The notes: a model not told the origin generated them from the sequence alone. Numbered from the stretch's first letter, positions 1 to 6,418 are shown. The stretch is DNA of 6,418 nt from Candidatus Iainarchaeum sp. (GCA_028700115.1 JAQVTI010000025.1:1-6418); one strand, 5' to 3'. A program made the numbers and translations.

Positions 1-261
1 TATAAGATAGTATTTTTCAGTAAAAACAACAGTGAGAAAATAAAAGCCATAAGAGAATTAAGAGAAAACAAAAAATTTGTTTTAGAAACTGTATTTGCAT
101 CTGATGATTTAAGACAAAGATTTAAAACAGAAGTTGCTAATAATGTATTGGCAGTAAAAGATAGGTTACAAGCAATGGCAGATTATCTTAAAGAGTTAGA
201 AAAAAGAAAGCAAGAAGACAAACAAAATTTAGAACAAAATAACACAGATAATTTTAATTAA
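1..261 (+). CDS. C-terminal part of an unidentified protein, 5' truncated by the window edge
   Basis: Frame 1 is open from base 1 to TAA at 259-261. It reads YKIVFFSKNNSEKIKAIRELRENKKFVLETVFASDDLRQRFKTEVANNVLAVKDRLQAMADYLKELEKRKQEDKQNLEQNNTDNFN*. The tail is charged and probably helical or coiled-coil. No family recognised. Confidence 0.6.
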   Translation, partial: YKIVFFSKNNSEKIKAIRELRENKKFVLETVFASDDLRQRFKTEVANNVLAVKDRLQAMADYLKELEKRKQEDKQNLEQNNTDNFN

Positions 262-327
262 TATACAAGTATAAGATACATTTTTATAATCTTTTGACCA
301 TATAGAAATACTATATAAGTGATTTTT

Positions 328-543
328 ATGCAAGAAAAAGAAATTTCTAAATTATTAGAAGAAATTAAGAAACTTAAAGAAGAAAACAAGAAATTAAAAT
401 CACGAAAAAAATACGGTCTTGTTTGGGAAGAAGAAAAAGAACCAGAGCAAGTTGTTTTAGATTGTCAAAAAAAGTTGCCAATTTTAAAAGAAGTAAAATC
501 TAAAGAAATACTTACAGACAAGAACAAGCCAATGAATATTTAA
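328..543 (+). CDS. Short ORF of 71 aa (ATG at 328; GTG at 319 also possible); likely N-terminal remnant of a type III DNA methyltransferase (Mod) of another subtype
   Basis: MQEKEISKLLEEIKKLKEENKKLKSRKKYGLVWEEEKEPEQVVLDCQKKLPILKEVKSKEILTDKNKPMNI*. A coiled-coil start followed by KKYGLVWE...LPILKEVKSKEI...KPMNI resembles, from memory, the segment preceding NILIEGDN in some type III Mod proteins. In-frame continuation after the TAA is IEGELLK*. Confidence 0.6.
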   Translation: MQEKEISKLLEEIKKLKEENKKLKSRKKYGLVWEEEKEPEQVVLDCQKKLPILKEVKSKEILTDKNKPMNI

Positions 544-545
544 AT

Positions 546-554
546 AGAAGGTGA
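546..554 (+). promoter_or_regulatory. Putative Shine-Dalgarno for mod (AGAAGGTGA)
   Basis: AGAAGGTGA lies 9 nt upstream of the ATG at 564 and closely resembles AGGAGGTGA. Confidence 0.6.
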
Positions 555-563
555 ATTATTAAA

Positions 564-2486
564 ATGACAAATATAAATCAATTAACAACTAATAATATCA
601 AAATTCCAAGTAAAGATTTGGAAATATTGAAAACGAATTTTTCACATTGTTTTAACAAGAAAGGCAATTTTGATTTTGAAAAGTTTAAGAAAGAACTTTC
701 AAAAAATGAAGACATTGATTTTTCAAATGAAAGCTATGGAATGGATTGGCTTGGAAAGAGTTATGCTCGTTTATTAGCAAATGATGAAGCAACAACACTT
801 CTTAAAGAAAATAAAGAGTGGAATAAAAAACCAGAAAATAAGAATTCTGATAATTTACTTATTAAAGGAGATAATTTAGAAGTTTTAAAACACCTTTCTA
901 ATGCCTATAATGAAAAAATAAAGATGATTTATATTGATCCTCCTTATAATACTGGAGGAGATGGTTTTGTTTATCAAGATGACAGGAAATTTAGTGTAGA
1001 AGAACTTTCAAAATTAGCAGGCATTGATAATGAGAAAGCTAAAAGAATCTTAGATTTTACTCAAAGCAAAAGCAATTCTCATTCAGCATGGCTTACTTTT
1101 ATGTATCCTCGTTTGTATATAGCAAAACAATTATTAAAAGATGATGGCGTGATTTTTGTTTCAATTGATGATAACGAAGTTGCACAATTAAGAATTTTGA
1201 TGGATGAGATATTTGGGGAGGAAAATTTTGTGGAGATTTTTATTTGGGATAAAAAAAATTCCGCAAAAGGAGTTCCTACAAAAAATATGGTTGTAAATAT
1301 CCATGAATATATTTTGTGTTACTCAAAAAGTACAAATTCTAAACTATTTGGTGAAGAAAGAACAAAAGATACATTTTCAAATCCTGATAATGATGAAAGA
1401 GGCATTTGGAGACTTTCTAATATTAAAAGCACATTAGAAAATAGCGAAAAATTTTCAATTATTGACCCTAAAACAGGAAATAAATTTACAAATTACTGGG
1501 CATTTTCAAAAGAATCTTTAAAAAAAATGATTGAAGAGAATCGTATTGTTTTTCCGAAAGAGCTTGGTGGACTTCCAAAACAAAAAGAGTTTTTCAATGA
1601 GTTTAAAAATGCAAATATGCCCATTAAGTCTAATTTAGGACTATTTCATGCACAAGATACTTACGAAGAAGCTGTAGATGAAATGTTAGGACCCAAAGTA
1701 TTTCCATACAGAAAGCCAACTAATCTTATAAAAAAAATAGTTAGCCAAGCAGGTGAAGACTCTGAAGTTATAATCCTTGATTTCTTTGCGGGGTCAGGTA
1801 CAACTGGAGATGCAGTTATGCAACTTAATGTAGAAGATGATGGAAACAGGAAATATATTTTAGTACAACTTCCTGAAGTTATAGATTCCCAGAAAAATAA
1901 AACGGCTTATGATTTTGTAAAAAACGAATTAAAAATAGAAAACCCTACAATTTTTGATATTACAAAAGAAAGACTTGTAAGAGCAGGAAACAAAATTAAA
2001 GAAGATAATAACAAATTAAAAGAACCTAAAGATTTATCAAGTATAGATTTTGGTTTTAAAATTTTTGAGACCATTTCAAATAATAAAGGTAATTGGGGGG
2101 ATTATATTTTAGAAGCAGAAAATTTTAATTCGCAAACAAAACTTTTTGACGAAAAAAAATTAAGTAAAGAAGACCTAGAAATACTTCTTATAACTTGGAA
2201 AACTTATGATGGCTTTTCTCTTACAAAAAATCTCAAAGAAATAGATTTAGATGGATACAAAGGCTGTTATTTAGATAATAAACTCTATTTAATTGATAAA
2301 GGATTTGAAACAAAAAATCTCAAAAAACTTCTTGAAGAAATTGATATAAACAAGGAGTTTAATCCAGCTATAATTATTGTTTTTGGTTATAACTTCCAAA
2401 GTAAAATATTAAGAGAAATTGCAGATAATGTTAAAAATTATGCAAATAAAAAGCACATTGATATTGACTTTATAATTAGGTATTAA
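564..2486 (+). CDS. mod: Type III restriction-modification system, DNA methyltransferase (modification) subunit Mod, beta-class N6-adenine/N4-cytosine type
   Basis: 640 aa. MIYIDPPYNTGGDGFVY (motif IV; DPPYNTG at 936-956) precedes DFFAGSGTTGDAV (motif I, 1779-1817), with the intervening target-recognition region. It also contains SAWLTFMYPRLYIAKQLLKDDGVIFVSIDDNE, typical of type III Mod. The res gene follows immediately (2 nt gap). Confidence 0.95.
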   Translation: MTNINQLTTNNIKIPSKDLEILKTNFSHCFNKKGNFDFEKFKKELSKNEDIDFSNESYGMDWLGKSYARLLANDEATTLLKENKEWNKKPENKNSDNLLIKGDNLEVLKHLSNAYNEKIKMIYIDPPYNTGGDGFVYQDDRKFSVEELSKLAGIDNEKAKRILDFTQSKSNSHSAWLTFMYPRLYIAKQLLKDDGVIFVSIDDNEVAQLRILMDEIFGEENFVEIFIWDKKNSAKGVPTKNMVVNIHEYILCYSKSTNSKLFGEERTKDTFSNPDNDERGIWRLSNIKSTLENSEKFSIIDPKTGNKFTNYWAFSKESLKKMIEENRIVFPKELGGLPKQKEFFNEFKNANMPIKSNLGLFHAQDTYEEAVDEMLGPKVFPYRKPTNLIKKIVSQAGEDSEVIILDFFAGSGTTGDAVMQLNVEDDGNRKYILVQLPEVIDSQKNKTAYDFVKNELKIENPTIFDITKERLVRAGNKIKEDNNKLKEPKDLSSIDFGFKIFETISNNKGNWGDYILEAENFNSQTKLFDEKKLSKEDLEILLITWKTYDGFSLTKNLKEIDLDGYKGCYLDNKLYLIDKGFETKNLKKLLEEIDINKEFNPAIIIVFGYNFQSKILREIADNVKNYANKKHIDIDFIIRY

Positions 2487-2488
2487 CT

Positions 2489-5347
2489 ATGACTGGATTT
2501 AATTTTGAAAAAAACTTAGAACATCAAGAACAAGCAGTTAAATCAACTGTTGGTGTTTTTGAAGGTTTAGAAATTGTAAGATCAGAAGGCATTCAAAAAG
2601 AGTGTATAAATCCATTTTTTGATAAAAATATCGGTTTTAAATATGTGCAGAATATTGGAAATATACAAGAGCAAAATAGTATTGAAAGAAATATAAACGG
2701 TAAAAGCAACATAATTGATGTTATGATGGAGACAGGAACAGGAAAAACCTATACTTATACTAAAACTATATTTGAATTAAATAAACTTTATGGAATATTT
2801 AAATTTGTTATAGTAGTACCGACTTTACCTATTAAAGCTGGAACAATAGATTTTCTGAAATCCGATAGTGCAAGAGAACATTTTAAAGAGCAATATGATA
2901 AAACAATTAAGCTTCATATTGTAGAAAGTAAAAATGGAAGTAAAAATAAAAAATCTTATATGCCTCCGTCAGTAAATAGTTTTGTAAATAGTGGGAATTT
3001 TGAAAAAAATAAAATTCAGGTTTTGATAATTAATGCAGGAATGGTAAATTCGAAAACAATGCAGGAGAAATTTGATAAAACGTTATTAGATAATCACACA
3101 GTTCCTTTTGAGGCAATTTCTGCAACTAATCCCTTTATGATAATTGATGAACCTCATAAATTTGATAAAGATAACAAGACTTGGGAAAATCTCCAAAAAA
3201 TTAACCCACAATTCATCATAAGGTATGGTGCAACTTTTAAAGAAAACGAAAATTTGATTTATAATTTAACTGCAGTTGATTCTTTTAATAGAAATCTTGT
3301 AAAAGGAGTTACGGCACATATTACCGAATTTGAAGATGGAAAAAACGCAATAGTTAAATTTACAAATTCAGATGGAAAAGAGGCAAATTTTCATTTATTA
3401 GAAAATAACAATACTAAAACATTTAAAATTTCTAAAAGTGAAAGTTTAGAAAAAGTTCATTCAGCAATGAAAGATTTGTTTGTCGAAAATCTAAATAAAA
3501 CGACGGTAGTCTTATCGAATGGATTAGAATTAAAGAAAGGAGATAAATTTAATCCCTATTCTTATGCTGAAACTTTACAAGAGACGATGATCCAGAAAGC
3601 CGTAAAACATCATTTTGAGCAAGAAAAAAAATATTTAACTAGGGGTGTAAAAATAAAACCACTTACCTTGTTTTTTATTGATAACATTGAAGAATATCGG
3701 AATCAAAATGGATATATCAAAACAACAGTTGAAAAGTATATATTATTAGAAGTTAAGCAATTATTAAAAACCGAAAAAGACGGATTTTATAAGAATTATT
3801 TAGAAAAAACTTTAGAAGATATTTCTAAAACCCATGGGGGTTATTTCGCAGTAGATAAAAAAGAAACTGATGAAGTAATTGAAAAAGAAGTAAATGAAAT
3901 TTTACACGATAAACAAGCAATATTAAGCTTAGAAAATCCAAGAAGATTTATTTTTTCTAAATGGACTTTAAGAGAAGGATGGGATAATCCTAATATTTTT
4001 CAAATTTGTAAATTAAGAAGTAGTGGTTCAGAAACTTCAAAACTTCAAGAAGTAGGAAGAGGACTTCGCTTACCTGTTAATGAATATGGAAATCGTGTAA
4101 AAGATGAGCAATTTTATCTTAATTATTTTGTAGACTTTACCGAAAATGATTTTGTGGAAAAATTAAGAGATGAAATTAATGAAAAATCAGGAGCTATTTC
4201 AAGAGAAGATATTCCTCAAAAGCTTACAGATAATATAATTAAACAAATAATTGAAAAATATAACTTAAAAGAAGATGAATTATTAGAAAAATTAGATCAC
4301 GAAGGAGTTATTAAAAGAAATAATGATTTTAAGGAAAAAGGATTTGAGTACATAAAAATAAATTATCCCCTTATTTTTGAAGGTGTTGATTCTAATAAAA
4401 TCAGAACAGCAAAAACTCAAAATAAAAAAATAAAAGTAAGAGTTGAAAAATATAATGAGCTTAAAGAATTGTGGGAAAAACTTAATGAAAAAGTCATTTT
4501 AGAATATAAAATTGAAAATGAAACTAAATTTGAAGAACTTTTTATACATTTTCTAAAAAATACAGATTTTGTAGTTGAAGGAACAAAAGAAAAAATAGTG
4601 CAAGTTAATTTTGAAAATAATCGTGCAGTTTTAAGAGAAGAAACTGCAATTTATGGAAATGAAATAATTCCAATTGCTACAATGAAATATAAAAGTTTTT
4701 TAAAAGAATTATCTTCGACTTTAAAAATTAACTTAAAAACAATACATAAGTGTTTTATAGAAGCTGAAATAGATATAAATAAATATCTTAATCAAACAAC
4801 ACTAAGAATTTTCAAACAAAAATTTGATAATTATTTGATGTATAATGCATTAAATAAATTTAGTATTGAATATCAAAAAGTAAAAAGTGTGGTTCATCCA
4901 ACAAAAATAACTGATATAAATGGAAAAATAAAAGAAGATATTGATGCATCTGATATAGGTGTTTTTTATTCTGATGAAAAAGTTGCTGACAATTATTTAT
5001 TTAATGAGTTATTTTATGATAGTGAGCTTGAAAAAGAGAATATTAAGACAAAGATAAGTGAAGTAATTGTTTTTACAAAAATACCCAAAAACTCCATAAA
5101 AATACCCGTTGCCGGTGGTAAAAGTTATTCTCCAGATTTTGCATATGTGATGAAATTTAAAGATGGAAATAAAAAATTGTATTTTATTGTAGAAACTAAA
5201 AATACTGATGAAGAAAGTTTGAGAAATGAGGAAACCCAGAAAATTAAACACGCAGAGAAATTCTTTGGAGATAATATTGAAATTAAATTTTTAACACAAT
5301 TTAATAAAAGCAAAATAGTTAATTTAATTCAAGAAGTATATGATTAA
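2489..5347 (+). CDS. res: Type III restriction-modification system, restriction/translocase subunit Res (SF2 ATPase plus PD-(D/E)XK endonuclease)
   Basis: 952 aa. Walker A METGTGKT (within 2726-2749), DEPH Walker B (3146-3157), RYGATF motif III-like, FSKWTLREGWDNPNIFQICKLRSSGSETSKLQEVGRGLRLPVN motif V/VI region, and C-terminal SPDFAYVMKFKDGNKKLYFIVETKN (PD at 5132-5137, ETK at 5192-5200). Confidence 0.95.
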   Translation: MTGFNFEKNLEHQEQAVKSTVGVFEGLEIVRSEGIQKECINPFFDKNIGFKYVQNIGNIQEQNSIERNINGKSNIIDVMMETGTGKTYTYTKTIFELNKLYGIFKFVIVVPTLPIKAGTIDFLKSDSAREHFKEQYDKTIKLHIVESKNGSKNKKSYMPPSVNSFVNSGNFEKNKIQVLIINAGMVNSKTMQEKFDKTLLDNHTVPFEAISATNPFMIIDEPHKFDKDNKTWENLQKINPQFIIRYGATFKENENLIYNLTAVDSFNRNLVKGVTAHITEFEDGKNAIVKFTNSDGKEANFHLLENNNTKTFKISKSESLEKVHSAMKDLFVENLNKTTVVLSNGLELKKGDKFNPYSYAETLQETMIQKAVKHHFEQEKKYLTRGVKIKPLTLFFIDNIEEYRNQNGYIKTTVEKYILLEVKQLLKTEKDGFYKNYLEKTLEDISKTHGGYFAVDKKETDEVIEKEVNEILHDKQAILSLENPRRFIFSKWTLREGWDNPNIFQICKLRSSGSETSKLQEVGRGLRLPVNEYGNRVKDEQFYLNYFVDFTENDFVEKLRDEINEKSGAISREDIPQKLTDNIIKQIIEKYNLKEDELLEKLDHEGVIKRNNDFKEKGFEYIKINYPLIFEGVDSNKIRTAKTQNKKIKVRVEKYNELKELWEKLNEKVILEYKIENETKFEELFIHFLKNTDFVVEGTKEKIVQVNFENNRAVLREETAIYGNEIIPIATMKYKSFLKELSSTLKINLKTIHKCFIEAEIDINKYLNQTTLRIFKQKFDNYLMYNALNKFSIEYQKVKSVVHPTKITDINGKIKEDIDASDIGVFYSDEKVADNYLFNELFYDSELEKENIKTKISEVIVFTKIPKNSIKIPVAGGKSYSPDFAYVMKFKDGNKKLYFIVETKNTDEESLRNEETQKIKHAEKFFGDNIEIKFLTQFNKSKIVNLIQEVYD

Positions 5348-5381
5348 ACTTAAATAATAAACTATAGAATATAGGGTTAGA

Positions 5382-5409
5382 TAATTATAATTTTTTAATT
5401 CTATAATTA
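5382..5409. repeat. AT-only inverted repeat (8 bp arms TAATTATA / TATAATTA, 12 nt spacer) downstream of res; possible weak hairpin
   Basis: Arms at 5382-5389 and 5402-5409 are exact reverse complements, in the res to small-ORF intergenic region. Confidence 0.3.
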
Positions 5410-5455
5410 ATTAAAAAACAAAACTTTAAATTAACTTTATTTCTTTAAATATATT

Positions 5456-5596
5456 ATGAAGTGTTCAAAGTGTTCAAAGAAAGCAGAGTATTATATTACA
5501 GAGAAAGAAAAGAAGATTTATCTTTGTAAAGAACACGCAAGAGAGAAGTTAATTAAGGAAGGATATGATTATATACCTAAAATTAATGTTCAGTAA
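5456..5596 (+). CDS. Small zinc-finger-like protein of 46 aa (CxxC-x17-CxxH)
   Basis: ATG at 5456, TAA at 5594-5596: MKCSKCSKKAEYYITEKEKKIYLCKEHAREKLIKEGYDYIPKINVQ*. Cys3, Cys6, Cys24 and His27 form a plausible Zn-binding set. The ORF is below the apparent length cutoff of the supplied track. Confidence 0.6.
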   Translation: MKCSKCSKKAEYYITEKEKKIYLCKEHAREKLIKEGYDYIPKINVQ

Positions 5597-5602
5597 ACAA
5601 GT

Positions 5603-5612
5603 TTTATAAATA
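5603..5612 (+). promoter_or_regulatory. Possible TATA-box-like promoter element (TTTATAAATA)
   Basis: TTTATAAATA is centred about 31 nt upstream of the ATG at 5638, and no Shine-Dalgarno is visible in between. Compatible with an archaeal-type near-leaderless start, but the surrounding DNA is very AT-rich. Confidence 0.25.
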
Positions 5613-5637
5613 TTATCTTCTATAAAATAAGATACTT

Positions 5638-6418
5638 ATGACTGATGAAAATTATAGAATTAATCCAAATAGATTAAACTATTTATTAGACCAGTATAAA
5701 TTAGAGGTTTCAGATTTAGCATCTCGTTTAACTCCCAGTAATAAAAAGAGAGATGTATTTATCCAACAGATAAATGATGTATTAAATGATAAAATTAAAG
5801 TTGAACTTAAATTTATTAAAAAGTTAGATACAATATTTGAAAAAGGATTGAATTGGTATATTTTAAACACAGATATTAAAATTGAACCCACAAAAAGCAT
5901 TTTTTTTAGAAAACCCAACATTGCTGTTGAGTCGGATATAATTTTTGAATCAAAAAAAATAGTTACTGCTTTTGAAGAAAAAAAGTTTGAATTATTGTAT
6001 TTAAGTAAATTGATTAATTATAACTTAGATAGAAAATTAAATAGGTATACATCTGATAAACTGCCCATAAATGTGGCTAATGAAATGGTAAATAAATTTG
6101 CACAATTTAGTAATATAAAAATTAATAAAGCCACCCAGAATAAAGACCGCGATAAAGCGTATTTAGAATATCTTATAAGAATTATTGAGCAATACAATGT
6201 TTTTGTATTTGAATTTATAGAGGCGCCTAATAAAAAAAATCCCGTAAATTATAATGGTTTTCTGATATCTCCAAATGTAATTGTGTTAAAAAGAGAGAAG
6301 AGTTATAGAAGGGAGATATTTACATTATTACACGAATTTGCGCATTATTTATTAGATTTAGAAGCAATAGATGACGTTGATATCGAGGATATAAAGACAC
6401 ATTCTGAACAAGAGAAAT
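5638..6418 (+). CDS. ImmA/IrrE-family (COG2856) metallo-endopeptidase with N-terminal HTH-like region; 3' truncated by the window edge
   Basis: Open frame from ATG 5638 to the window end: MTDENYRINPNRLNYLLDQYKLEVSDLASRLTPSNKK...ILNTDIKIEPTKSIFFRKPNIAVE...NGFLISPNVIVLKREKSYRREIFTLLHEFAHYLLDLEAIDDVDIEDIKTHSEQEK. HEFAH zinc-protease motif at 6331-6345, preceded by the RREIFTLLHE context typical of ImmA/IrrE proteins. Confidence 0.88.
   Translation, partial: MTDENYRINPNRLNYLLDQYKLEVSDLASRLTPSNKKRDVFIQQINDVLNDKIKVELKFIKKLDTIFEKGLNWYILNTDIKIEPTKSIFFRKPNIAVESDIIFESKKIVTAFEEKKFELLYLSKLINYNLDRKLNRYTSDKLPINVANEMVNKFAQFSNIKINKATQNKDRDKAYLEYLIRIIEQYNVFVFEFIEAPNKKNPVNYNGFLISPNVIVLKREKSYRREIFTLLHEFAHYLLDLEAIDDVDIEDIKTHSEQEK

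Noticed and set aside
301-307. TATAGAA / TTCTATA motif recurring in intergenic regions (301-307, 5363-5369, 5399-5405, 5618-5624), considered as a shared operator
   Set aside because: The same 7-mer also occurs inside coding sequence (for example 5653-5659 and 6304-6310). In DNA this AT-rich the recurrence is not convincing without comparative data.
294-319. Bacterial sigma70-type promoter TTGACC ... TATAAG upstream of the short ORF
   Set aside because: Spacing between the hexamers is about 14 nt instead of 16-18, so the match is weak and could be chance.
319-327. Use of the GTG at 319 as start of the short ORF, as in the track
   Set aside because: The ATG at 328 is three codons downstream and begins the coiled-coil segment cleanly (MQEKEISKLLEE). 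The GTG overlaps a TATA-like stretch. Start choice remains uncertain.
3210-3240. Motif III-like RYGATF in Res considered as an unusual substitution of the SAT motif
   Set aside because: Small-residue variants at this position are compatible with type III Res proteins, and I cannot establish from sequence alone that it is atypical.
5009-5251. 80 aa minus-strand ORF from the track (MFNFLGFLISQTFFISIFSF...)
   Set aside because: Lies entirely antisense to the conserved C-terminal nuclease region of res. Hydrophobic, low-complexity product typical of reverse translation of a Lys/Glu-rich coding sequence.
5125-5313. 62 aa minus-strand ORF from the track
   Set aside because: Antisense to the PD...ETK region of res; no independent coding signal.
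5679-5921. 80 aa minus-strand ORF from the track
   Set aside because: Antisense to the unterminated ImmA/IrrE-like frame starting at 5638, which has clear family motifs; the antisense product is not recognisable.
1-6418. CRISPR array, tRNA/rRNA genes, transposase or retron-like elements
   Set aside because: No regularly spaced repeats, no recognisable structural RNA sequence and no transposase or reverse-transcriptase motifs were seen on reading the window.

Overview
AT-rich window dominated by an apparently complete type III restriction-modification operon. The mod gene (564..2486) is a beta-class amino-methyltransferase with DPPYNTG followed by FFAGSGTTG. The res gene (2489..5347) is a DEAD/DEAH-like translocase with METGTGKT and DEPH motifs and a C-terminal PD...ETK nuclease motif. 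Three things stand out. (1) The short ORF just upstream of mod (328..543) looks like the N-terminal stump of a different Mod subtype. Reading past its TAA gives MNI*IEGELLK*, which resembles the NILIEGDN segment of such Mods, and the relic IEG codons appear to serve as the Shine-Dalgarno of the current mod. (2) Downstream of res is an ORF of 46 aa, missing from the supplied ORF track, with a CxxC...CxxH zinc-finger pattern. (3) This is followed by an ORF starting at 5638, also missing from the track and running off the window. It carries LLHEFAHYLLD and an FFRKP segment, typical of ImmA/IrrE-family (COG2856) metallopeptidases. A functional link between the zinc mini-protein, the metallopeptidase and the type III RM system is a hypothesis only. 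A partial, unassigned ORF ends at 261. No RNA genes, CRISPR arrays or transposases were seen.
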